Notes under the pieces: generated by a model
The model's database searches: none
Told to the model about the DNA's origin: nothing
What the model saw: the letters and a program-made list of their open reading frames with translations, nothing else
Shown: piece after piece, positions 52,916-60,816 of the stretch
Layout of the letters: every line of letters starts with the position of its first letter
How positions within the stretch are numbered: position 1 is the stretch's first letter
Source: a bacterium
GTDB taxonomy: Bacteria > Synergistota > GBS-1
Length of the DNA stretch: 64,000 nucleotides
Direction of reading: 5' to 3'
Assembly: GCA_030153785.1 (NCBI GenBank)
Contig: JASKLF010000004.1
Coordinates: 17,551 to 81,550 of the forward strand
Made by a program: the position numbers and the translations under genes

Positions 52916-52941
52916 CTTTATCCTCCTCACTGTTGAGTTAG

Positions 52942-52970
52942 AGTATACATTTTCTGTCTTCTTTTGTCAA
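52942..52970 (-). promoter_or_regulatory. Sigma70 promoter of trpL-trpEGDCFBA
   Basis: TTGACA (52970-65), 17 nt, TATACT (52947-42). Confidence 0.8.
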
Positions 52971-53125
52971 GGGGTTGGTGTTCTATTTTGTGGGAGGTTC
53001 AGTTTTATTTGAGATGTATTGTGAAATATGTGGTCTTTAAAGATATGTTTCATAGATATTTCATATATGCATTTTGATGTATACTTTTTACTTAATCAAA
53101 ATCTCGAAACTTAGTTTTAAGAATC

Positions 53126-53154
53126 TTGACAAACTAGAGTATGATGGATATACC
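53126..53154 (+). promoter_or_regulatory. Candidate sigma70 promoter of the glutamate synthase operon
   Basis: TTGACA (53126-31), 17 nt, TATACC (53149-54). Confidence 0.5.
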
Positions 53155-53189
53155 TAATAACTAACCTTATTTTGAAAGAGAGGGGTGAA

Positions 53190-54284
53190 ATGATGAACCA
53201 TTTAAATGGCGAAAGACTAATGTATGATCGAGAGCTTAGAAACCCATCTGCTTGTGGTATTACAGGAGTGATGAATCAGAAGGGAGAAGTTTTTTCTGGT
53301 GAAGTTATCTTAAATTCGATATGTTGTATGCTGGAACGCGGAAATGGTTTGGGAAGCGGTTTTGCAGGGTATGGTATTTACCCTGACTTTAAGGATTATT
53401 GGTGCTTCCATATAATGTATGATAAAGAAACGGCAAAAGATATTGTTGAAGATTATCTGGAGAATCTCTTTATCATAGTTCACAGCGAACCTATACCTGT
53501 TAAAAAAATAGGAGTTCTTGGTGAAATACCCTTGCTTTGGAGGTACTTTTTAAGCTTTAAGGGAGAGGAGGAAAGCGAGGAGTTCATTGTTCATACGGTT
53601 ATGAGGGTAAATAGAGAAATTGAGGGCGCATATGTTTTTTCTTCCGGTAAGAATATGGGAATCTTTAAGGGTGTTGGGAGTCCTGATGCTATAGGAGAAT
53701 TCTTTAGAGTTTCAGAGTATAAAGGTTACATTTGGTTGGCTCATAATAGGTTTCCTACCAATACTCCTGGATGGTGGGGAGGAGCCCATCCTTTTGGATT
53801 GCTTGACTGGGCTCTTGTTCATAATGGAGAGATATCTTCCTATGGGGTGAATAAAAGGTACTTGGAGAGTTTTGGTTACTATTGCACTCTTTCTACAGAT
53901 ACGGAAGTCATGGCTTATCTTTTTGACTTATTGGTTCGTAAACATGGGCTTGATTTTGGAATTGTAGCTAAGATTCTTTCTGCTCCCTTTTGGTCTCAGA
54001 TAGAGAAATTCGAAGACGAAAGGGAAAAAGCCTTTCTGAAAACTTTACGCATAATATATGGTCCTGCTCTGGTGAATGGACCTTTTGCAATAATCGTGGC
54101 GAACAATAAGTATATGGTTGGATTAAACGATAGAACAAAATTGCGTCCCCTTGTGGCGGCTAAGAATGGTGATTTTATTTACATTGCTTCTGAAGAGTCG
54201 GCTATAAGGATAATTTCAAGAAATTTAGAGGAAGTATGGATGCCTCGGGCTGGTGAACCTGTTATTGGTAAGGTGGTGATGTGA
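53190..54284 (+). CDS. Split glutamate synthase, class II (Ntn) glutamine amidotransferase subunit (GltB1/GlxB-like)
   Basis: Propeptide then A-CGITG (Ntn Cys), ERGNGLG.GF, AHNRFPTN, AHPF, VHNGEI, TDTEV, DRTKLRP, ASEE. Confidence 0.88.
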   Translation: MMNHLNGERLMYDRELRNPSACGITGVMNQKGEVFSGEVILNSICCMLERGNGLGSGFAGYGIYPDFKDYWCFHIMYDKETAKDIVEDYLENLFIIVHSEPIPVKKIGVLGEIPLLWRYFLSFKGEEESEEFIVHTVMRVNREIEGAYVFSSGKNMGIFKGVGSPDAIGEFFRVSEYKGYIWLAHNRFPTNTPGWWGGAHPFGLLDWALVHNGEISSYGVNKRYLESFGYYCTLSTDTEVMAYLFDLLVRKHGLDFGIVAKILSAPFWSQIEKFEDEREKAFLKTLRIIYGPALVNGPFAIIVANNKYMVGLNDRTKLRPLVAAKNGDFIYIASEESAIRIISRNLEEVWMPRAGEPVIGKVVM

Positions 54285-55774
54285 GTATGGCGAAGGCAAG
54301 GTATAGATCTGAATTTAAGGTAGAAAGGGACGATGAAAAATGTATTCGCTGTCAGGTTTGTGTGAGAATGTGTGCTTTCGATGTGCACGCTTATTATCCT
54401 GAGCTGGATACTATTGTTTCAGATGAGAGTAAATGTGTTGGATGTCATTTCTGCGAAGACCTTTGTCCCACTAATGCTATAACTATTGTTAGGAATTCAT
54501 TTAGAATTAAGTCCAATCTTCATTGGAACGATAAAGATGTTTATGACATAGTGAAGCAGGCAGAAAGCGGAGGTATCTTGCTCAGTGGCATGGGGTGTGA
54601 TAGGGGATATAAAGATTATTTTAGACATCTTGTTCTAAATGCGGCGCAAGTTACCAATCCTTCTATAGATCCTATAAGAGAACCTATGGAGCTAAAGACT
54701 TTTATAGGTCGGAAGCCTGATAAGCTTACAACATCTATTCCACCCCAGCTGGAGTTAGAAGTTCCAATCATGTTTTCTGCGATGAGCTTTGGCTCTATTT
54801 CTTTGAATGCTTGCAAATCTTTGGCTAAGGCAGCGTGCGAATTTGGAACATATTGGAACACAGGAGAGGGAGGTTTGCATCCGGAACTTTATCCTTACGC
54901 TCATAGAGCAATAGTGCAAGTGGCTTCGGGGCGCTTTGGAGTTAACAAAGAATACCTAGAGGCTGGTGCTGCAATAGAAATTAAGATAGGTCAAGGAGCT
55001 AAACCAGGGATTGGGGGACATCTTCCTGGCGAGAAGGTTACAGAGGAGGTTTCAAGGACTAGAATGATCCCTGAGGGAAGTGATGCACTTAGTCCAGCTC
55101 CTCATCATGACATTTATTCTATAGAGGATTTAAGGCAATTGATATATGCTTTGAAAGAAGCTACAAGGTATGAGAAGCCTGTTGGAGTTAAGATAGCTGC
55201 CGTTCACAATGTTGCTGCTATTGCTTCTGGAATAGTTAGAGCAGGTGCCGATTTTGTCGTAATAGATGGTATAAGGGGAGGGACTGGTGCGGCTCCTACT
55301 GTGATAAGAGATAACGTTGGTATTCCAATAGAGATGGCGATAGCTGTAGTAGACCAGCGGCTTAGAGATGAGGGAATAAGGCATTGGGCAAGCATAATAG
55401 CAGCTGGTGGTTTTAGAAGTTCGGCTGATGTTATAAAGGCTATAGCTTTAGGGGCTGACGCGGTTTACATAGCGACTTCAGCTTTGATTTCTTTAGGGTG
55501 TCACTTATGCCAAAAGTGTTATACGGGTAAGTGTAATTGGGGGATAGCTACTCAAGACCCTTATCTTACTAAAAGGCTGAATCCAGAAATAGGAGCTAGG
55601 AGGGCTTACAATTTACTTAGGGCTTGGTCGTTGGAGATAAAGGAGATGTTAGGTGGGATGGGAATAAACGCTATAGAATCCTTACGTGGAAATAGGGAAC
55701 AATTAAGGGCGGTTGGTTTAAGTGATACTGAAAGGAGGCTTCTGGGAGTAAAATGCGCAGGGGAAGCTTGGTAG
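54281..55774 (+). CDS. Split glutamate synthase, FMN-binding subunit with N-terminal 2x[4Fe-4S] domain (GltB2)
   Basis: CIRCQVC and CVGCHFC ferredoxin motifs, AMSFGSIS, NTGEGG, QVASGRFGV, KIGQGAKPG.GGHLPG.KV, C..CQ.CYTG.C..GIATQD. Confidence 0.93.
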   Translation: MSMAKARYRSEFKVERDDEKCIRCQVCVRMCAFDVHAYYPELDTIVSDESKCVGCHFCEDLCPTNAITIVRNSFRIKSNLHWNDKDVYDIVKQAESGGILLSGMGCDRGYKDYFRHLVLNAAQVTNPSIDPIREPMELKTFIGRKPDKLTTSIPPQLELEVPIMFSAMSFGSISLNACKSLAKAACEFGTYWNTGEGGLHPELYPYAHRAIVQVASGRFGVNKEYLEAGAAIEIKIGQGAKPGIGGHLPGEKVTEEVSRTRMIPEGSDALSPAPHHDIYSIEDLRQLIYALKEATRYEKPVGVKIAAVHNVAAIASGIVRAGADFVVIDGIRGGTGAAPTVIRDNVGIPIEMAIAVVDQRLRDEGIRHWASIIAAGGFRSSADVIKAIALGADAVYIATSALISLGCHLCQKCYTGKCNWGIATQDPYLTKRLNPEIGARRAYNLLRAWSLEIKEMLGGMGINAIESLRGNREQLRAVGLSDTERRLLGVKCAGEAW

Positions 55775-56247
55775 AGGGAATTAAAAGAGTTATTGTTAGG
55801 GAAGAATATTGTATGGGATGCAGACTATGTGAGATTCATTGTATTACTCAGCACTCTAAGTCTAAGAACATACTAAAGCTTTTTAAGGGAGAAGAGCCTA
55901 AGCCTCTTTCTGGTATTTATTTCGAAGAGAGGGGTCCCACTTCTTTTGCCCTTCAATGTAGACATTGTGATGATGCTCCTTGTCTTGAAGCTTGTATTGG
56001 AGGAGCTATGTATAGGGATCCGATAACTAAGAGGGTTTTACACAATAGAGAAAAATGTGTAGGGTGTTGGATGTGTATAATGGTTTGTCCTTACGGGGTT
56101 ATAAAGGCGGATCATTCTGAGAAGAAGGTTGCCTCTAAGTGTGATTTGTGCATCGAAGCGGGTTTCCCTGCCTGTGTCGAGAATTGTCCTAACGAAGCTG
56201 TTATTCTGATCGATCAGTACGGTAGGAGAGTTCTGAAGGAGGGTTAA
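55768..56247 (+). CDS. 4Fe-4S dicluster (CooF/HycB-like) electron-transfer protein
   Basis: CMGCRLCEIHC, CRHCDDAPCLEAC, CVGCWMCIMVCP, KCDLC...PACVENCP. Confidence 0.9.
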   Translation: MVEGIKRVIVREEYCMGCRLCEIHCITQHSKSKNILKLFKGEEPKPLSGIYFEERGPTSFALQCRHCDDAPCLEACIGGAMYRDPITKRVLHNREKCVGCWMCIMVCPYGVIKADHSEKKVASKCDLCIEAGFPACVENCPNEAVILIDQYGRRVLKEG

Positions 56248-56250
56248 TGT

Positions 56251-57543
56251 ATGGAGAGTAAGTATGCAATTATAGGAAATTCAGTGGCTGCTGTGGGAGC
56301 TATAGAGGCTATAAGGGAAATAGATAAAGAGGGGTTAATAACGGTGGTTTCAGACGAAAATGTTTATAACTATTCCCGACCTTTAATTTCTTACTATCTT
56401 GGTGGCAAAGTTGAGGAGAGGAACATGTATTTCAGAGACAAGGGTTTTTACGAAAGAAATAACGTAAAGCTGATTTTGGGAAAGAAAGCTCAGAGGTTGG
56501 ATGTTAATAAACACGTTGTTTACTTGGCTGACGAAACCATTATAAGGTTTGAAAAGCTCTTGATATGCACTGGAGGAAAGCCGATAGTTCCTAACATAGA
56601 AGGGCTTAGTGAAGTAAGAGAAGGAGTTTTTAGTTTCACTAAGTTTTCGGATGCAAAATCGATGCTTAGCTATATAAAATTAAATGGCATAAAATCGGCT
56701 GTAGTCTTAGGTGGAGGATTGATAGGTCTTAAGGCTGCGGAAGGCTTGCTAGCAAGAGGGTTGAGGGTTACGATTGTAGAGTTAGCTGACAGGATACTTC
56801 CCAACACTTTGGACAAAGAAGCTTCCGAAATGTTAGAAAGAGCTTTAGTGGGCTTAGGTTGTAGTGTACTGAAAGGAGATACTATTATTGGAGTTTCTAC
56901 TACCGATGGAGTATTGAAGGAAGTATACCTTAAAAGCGGGAGAGTAATACCCTCATCTTTGTTGGTTATTGCTATAGGAGTGAGGCCAAATTTAGATTTG
57001 ATAAGAGGTACCTCGATAGGTTACGACAGAGGAATAATTGTTGATGATCAAATGCAGACTAATATAGCTGGAATATATGCAGCAGGGGATGTAGCTCAAG
57101 CTAAAGATTTTTTAACTTCGATGAATTCTGTTTTGGCTTTATGGCCAGTGGCCTTTCGTCAGGGCAAGGTAGCAGGATTCAACATGGCAGGCAAGGAGAC
57201 AAAATATGAGGGGCTTTTCCCAATGAACTCTGTGGAGATAGCTGGCATTCCTACAATATCTTTTGGTCTGTCTAATCCACAAGATGGAGAAAATTATGAG
57301 GTCTTGGTTAAGAAGGATGGCAGAGTTCCTTTGTACCGCAAGATAGTTTTAAAAGATGGAAGAATAGTGGGGGGTATTTTCTTGGGCAAGATAGAAAGAA
57401 CCGGCATTTTCGTGGGGCTCTTGAAGGCTGGTATGGATGTTTCATCATTTAAAGAAGAATTGCTTCAAGATGATTTTGGTTTTGTTGTTTTGCCTGAAAG
57501 TTACAGAAAGCATATGATTGTAGGGGAGGTTATAGAAACATGA
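56251..57543 (+). CDS. FAD/NAD(P)-dependent oxidoreductase (NirB N-domain / rubredoxin reductase-like)
   Basis: IIGNSVA, YSRP, TGG.P, GGGLIGL, AIGVRPN, YAAGD. Confidence 0.9.
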   Translation: MESKYAIIGNSVAAVGAIEAIREIDKEGLITVVSDENVYNYSRPLISYYLGGKVEERNMYFRDKGFYERNNVKLILGKKAQRLDVNKHVVYLADETIIRFEKLLICTGGKPIVPNIEGLSEVREGVFSFTKFSDAKSMLSYIKLNGIKSAVVLGGGLIGLKAAEGLLARGLRVTIVELADRILPNTLDKEASEMLERALVGLGCSVLKGDTIIGVSTTDGVLKEVYLKSGRVIPSSLLVIAIGVRPNLDLIRGTSIGYDRGIIVDDQMQTNIAGIYAAGDVAQAKDFLTSMNSVLALWPVAFRQGKVAGFNMAGKETKYEGLFPMNSVEIAGIPTISFGLSNPQDGENYEVLVKKDGRVPLYRKIVLKDGRIVGGIFLGKIERTGIFVGLLKAGMDVSSFKEELLQDDFGFVVLPESYRKHMIVGEVIET

Positions 57544-58298
57544 AACAAATAGAGGCTATGGATAGAGTTATAACTGCCGATGGTATTCATTATAAAGTTT
57601 TGAACGATATGGTTTGGCAAGCTGTAAGTGATGGTGCCAAAAGAATAATTTTAGAGGATGTTGTTGGCCAAAGATATATTGGTTGTGGCTTGAAGGGTGA
57701 AGACGTAGAGATCATTATTAGGGGAGTCCCAGGCAATGATTTGGCTGCCTTTATGGATGGTCCCAGAATTATTGTTGAAGGTAATGCTCAGGATGGTGTT
57801 GGCAATACTATGAATGCAGGAGAGGTAATAGTTCATGGCAATGCTGGTGACATTATAGGGTATGCTATGAGAGGAGGAAGGATTTTTGTAAAAGGAAATG
57901 TAGGATACAGGGTAGGTATACATATGAAGGCCTACAGGGATTTGTTTCCTGTTATCGTGATTGGAGGGGTTGCAGGGGACTTTTTAGGAGAGTATATGGC
58001 GGGGGGACTTTTGATAGTCCTGGGATTGGGTAGTGAGGAAAAGGATATAGTGGGGGATTTTGTAGGGACAGGGATGCATGGAGGAAACATATTTATCCGC
58101 GGAGGCGTGAAAAATGCAATACTTGGCAAAGAGGTTGGTATCAGCCTTGTGAGTGAAGATGATATGACTTTAATAAGAAAGCATATAGAAGATTTTTGTA
58201 ATCACTTTTCCTTCGACATTGATGAAGTACTGAGTGTGCCCTTTTTTAAGCTTTATCCTCACTCTCATCGCCCCTATGGCAAGTTATATGCTTATTGA
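57540..58298 (+). CDS. Split glutamate synthase, GXGXG beta-helix subunit (GltB3/FwdC-like)
   Basis: GQRYIGCG, repeated G..G..M.GG units, GDFLGEYMAGG, GTGMHGG. Confidence 0.9.
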   Translation: MKQIEAMDRVITADGIHYKVLNDMVWQAVSDGAKRIILEDVVGQRYIGCGLKGEDVEIIIRGVPGNDLAAFMDGPRIIVEGNAQDGVGNTMNAGEVIVHGNAGDIIGYAMRGGRIFVKGNVGYRVGIHMKAYRDLFPVIVIGGVAGDFLGEYMAGGLLIVLGLGSEEKDIVGDFVGTGMHGGNIFIRGGVKNAILGKEVGISLVSEDDMTLIRKHIEDFCNHFSFDIDEVLSVPFFKLYPHSHRPYGKLYAY

Positions 58299-58308
58299 TG
58301 TTTCAATT

Positions 58309-58362
58309 TTAACATTAATGTAAACTCCAAGCAAAAGACCTGTAACCTCTCCCCGTTAAAAT
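58309..58362 (+). promoter_or_regulatory. Predicted activator-dependent amtB promoter with four 11-bp-phased GlnR-like half-sites
   Basis: TTAAC 58309, GTAAA 58320, GCAAA 58331, GTAAC 58342; -10 TAAAAT at 58357; same geometry as the glnA promoter. Confidence 0.6.
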
Positions 58363-58394
58363 ACCTAAAAACAAAGGAAAGGGGAGAGGTTACA
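58341..58394 (+). promoter_or_regulatory. Perfect 14-bp inverted repeat covering the amtB SD and first base of the start codon
   Basis: TGTAACCTCTCCCC (58341-54) is the exact reverse complement of GGGGAGAGGTTACA (58381-94); A58394 is the A of ATG. Confidence 0.75.
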
Positions 58395-59755
58395 TGAGAA
58401 ATTTGTACAAGTATTTAATTTATGTGTCTTTAGCTACTTTTACATGTATTAATTCTTCCTTTGCAAGAGATCCCGTAGGAGCGGCGACTTTGAAGGAAAA
58501 TCCTAACTTGCCGGTTGATTATGTATGGATTTTGATATGTGCTTTTCTTGTCATGTTTATGCAGGCTGGTTTTGCCATGCTGGAATCTGGTTTTTGTAGG
58601 GCAAAGAATGTGACCAACATCATTGCAAAAAATTTAATTGACTTTTGTTTAGGTTCGATTATTTTCTTCGCTTTCGGTTATGCCTTGATGATGGGGGACG
58701 ATTGGCACGGTCTAATTGGAACTACAGGCTGGTTTATGTTTGGGGAGTATTACGATGTAAGCAAGTACTTGAACATGTTTTGGATGTTGGTGTTTTGTGC
58801 TACTAGTGCCACGATAGTTTCTGGAGCTGTTGCTGAAAGGCTCAAGTTTGGAGCATACCTTATTTACACTTTAGTGGTTACGGGTATTATTTACCCTATA
58901 TACGGACACTGGGCATGGGGAGGTGGTTGGCTTTCTAAGATTCCTTTAGGTTTGGGTTTTTTAGATTTTGCAGGAAGTGGAGTTGTACACGCTTTAGGTG
59001 GATTTGTTGGTTTAGCGGGGGCTTTAGTTTTGGGCCCCAGGTATGGTAAGTATAAAAATGGAGTGCCTCAGGCTATTCCCGGACACAGTGTATCTTTAGC
59101 CGCTTTAGGTGTTTTAATATTGTGGTTTGGTTGGTTTGGTTTTAATCCAGGAAGCACATATAGTGCTCACCACTTAAAAATCTCTATTGTGGCTCTTAAT
59201 ACGAACTTAGCTGCTGCGGCAGGTGGGATATCTGCGCTATTAATTTCTTATTTCAATACTGGAAAGTGGGATATTACTATGGCATTAAATGGAGTTATTG
59301 CGGGATTAGTTGCTATAACCGCATCTTGTGCCTGGGTTGAGGGATGGGCTGCTATACTTATAGGCTTTATAGCTGGTGGTTTGATGTATTTCAGTGTTAG
59401 ATTATTAGATTCAGCTGGTATTGATGATCCTGTTGGCGCTGTTAGCGTTCATGGAATTTGCGGATTATGGGGACTGTTGACGGTAGGAATTTTTGCTGAT
59501 GGAACTTATGGCGTATATTCTGTTGAGCCTCCTTATGCTGTTGGTTTGCTTTATGGTGGTGGATGGGGACAGTTCTTGGCTCAGCTTGTGGGATTAGTGG
59601 TGTTGTTTATATGGGCTTTTGGTGCGGGGTATGTGTTGTTTAAGGTAATGGATAGACTGTTCGGTATTCGCGTTTCACCAGAAGAGGAGCTTAAAGGATT
59701 GGATATTTATGAGCATGGTGTTCCAGCTTATCCTGATTTTTATAGTAAGGTATAA
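58394..59755 (+). CDS. amtB: Ammonium transporter
   Basis: FMQAGFAMLE.G, IVSGAVAER, HW.WGGGW, DFAGSGVVH, WFGWFGFN, DDPVGAVSVHG, GLD..EHG. Confidence 0.97.
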   Translation: MRNLYKYLIYVSLATFTCINSSFARDPVGAATLKENPNLPVDYVWILICAFLVMFMQAGFAMLESGFCRAKNVTNIIAKNLIDFCLGSIIFFAFGYALMMGDDWHGLIGTTGWFMFGEYYDVSKYLNMFWMLVFCATSATIVSGAVAERLKFGAYLIYTLVVTGIIYPIYGHWAWGGGWLSKIPLGLGFLDFAGSGVVHALGGFVGLAGALVLGPRYGKYKNGVPQAIPGHSVSLAALGVLILWFGWFGFNPGSTYSAHHLKISIVALNTNLAAAAGGISALLISYFNTGKWDITMALNGVIAGLVAITASCAWVEGWAAILIGFIAGGLMYFSVRLLDSAGIDDPVGAVSVHGICGLWGLLTVGIFADGTYGVYSVEPPYAVGLLYGGGWGQFLAQLVGLVVLFIWAFGAGYVLFKVMDRLFGIRVSPEEELKGLDIYEHGVPAYPDFYSKV

Positions 59756-59772
59756 TAAGGGGGGTGTTGGGT

Positions 59773-60114
59773 GTGAAGAAGGTTGAAGCTATCATAAGGC
59801 CGGAAAAGTTTGAGGAAGTAAAGGAAGCTCTTAAATCAATAAAAGGATGTTCTGGGATGAGTGTCACTCGTGTAGAGGGACATGGTAGGCAAAAGGGGTT
59901 GGTAGAGCAATTCCGAGGAAGAGAATTCAAGGTTGAATTTTTGCCGAAGGTTAAAATTGAGTTGGTTTGCTCAGATGAAGACTTAAAGGATGTAGTAGAT
60001 TCTATCTTAAAAAGCGCATATACTGGAGAAATAGGTGATGGGAAAATTTTTATTTCGGAAATCTTAGATGTCGTGAGAATAAGGACAGGAGAGAGGGGCA
60101 AAGAAGCTCTTTAG
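59773..60114 (+). CDS. glnK: PII nitrogen regulatory protein (amtB-linked)
   Basis: KKVEAIIRP, G.GRQKG, FLPKVKIE, TGEIGDGKIF, RIRTGE.G. Confidence 0.93.
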   Translation: MKKVEAIIRPEKFEEVKEALKSIKGCSGMSVTRVEGHGRQKGLVEQFRGREFKVEFLPKVKIELVCSDEDLKDVVDSILKSAYTGEIGDGKIFISEILDVVRIRTGERGKEAL

Positions 60115-60141
60115 CTTTATGGGGAAGAAGGTTACTTCATT

Positions 60142-60816
60142 ATGAGGATATCGCTGTTGGTTAGAAAAGATGAAGGGGAAAACATATGGAATATACTTTC
60201 AAGAAAGGGATATGAGTTCCAAGCCCTCGATGATTTAGAGGATGTGATTATGGAACTCGAAGAGAAAGGCACGGACCTTGCCATTGTCGATATGGATTTG
60301 CTTACAGGGGGTAGTGACTCACTGAGAAAATTCAAGGATATTGTCCTTGACTCTTGTATTCCAGTTATAGTTCTCGTATCTAAGGTGGATTTGTTCCTAT
60401 TGTTTGAAGATATTTGGTTTACAGATTTCTTGGTAAAGCCTTTTAGTTCAGAGGAGCTATTAATAAGAGTAACGAAAGCCCTAAAAGGTAGTAGAACCAA
60501 CCTTGAAGAAACGGGTATTATAAGGCATGGGGATTTAATAATAGATACTGAAAGATGTAAGGTGATTTTTAAAGGTAAGGATATTTCTCTGACCTTTAAA
60601 GAATATGAGTTGTTAAAGCTTCTCGTTTCTAATAAGGGAAGAGTCTTTAGGAGAGAAGAGCTTTTAAGCAAATTATGGGGTTATGACTATTATGGTGGAG
60701 ACAGAACAGTGGATACTCATATAAGTAGGCTTAGGAACAAGCTTGGGGATTACGATCACAAATACATTCAAACTGTGAGAAACATAGGTTACAAATTTAA
60801 TGAAGAGGAGTTTTAG
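60142..60816 (+). CDS. Orphan OmpR/PhoB-family response regulator, GlnR-like
   Basis: Winged-helix LTFKEYELL...RVF.REELL..LWGYDYYGGDRTVDTHISRLR.KLG...IQTVRNIGY; atypical receiver; no kinase in the cluster; between glnK and nadE/glnA. Confidence 0.85.
   Translation: MRISLLVRKDEGENIWNILSRKGYEFQALDDLEDVIMELEEKGTDLAIVDMDLLTGGSDSLRKFKDIVLDSCIPVIVLVSKVDLFLLFEDIWFTDFLVKPFSSEELLIRVTKALKGSRTNLEETGIIRHGDLIIDTERCKVIFKGKDISLTFKEYELLKLLVSNKGRVFRREELLSKLWGYDYYGGDRTVDTHISRLRNKLGDYDHKYIQTVRNIGYKFNEEEF

Noticed and set aside
52700..52930. T-box riboswitch or TRAP-binding site upstream of trpE
   Set aside because: No T-box consensus (UGGNACC bulge) or (G/U)AG repeat array seen; the leader peptide and alternative hairpins explain the region.
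53019..53036. Rex-like operator TTGTGAA
   Set aside because: Only one half-site; the partner half (GTGGTCT) does not match TTCACAA.
60121..60135. GGGGAAGAAGGTTAC before the regulator resembles the amtB initiation region, suggesting a second target of the anti-SD arm
   Set aside because: Pairing needs bulges and spans about 1.8 kb; generic purine-rich SD composition can explain the similarity.
60132..60671. 179-aa minus-strand ORF, and the many other short antisense ORFs in the track
   Set aside because: Ser/Ile/Phe-rich mirror translations of well-supported genes on the opposite strand.
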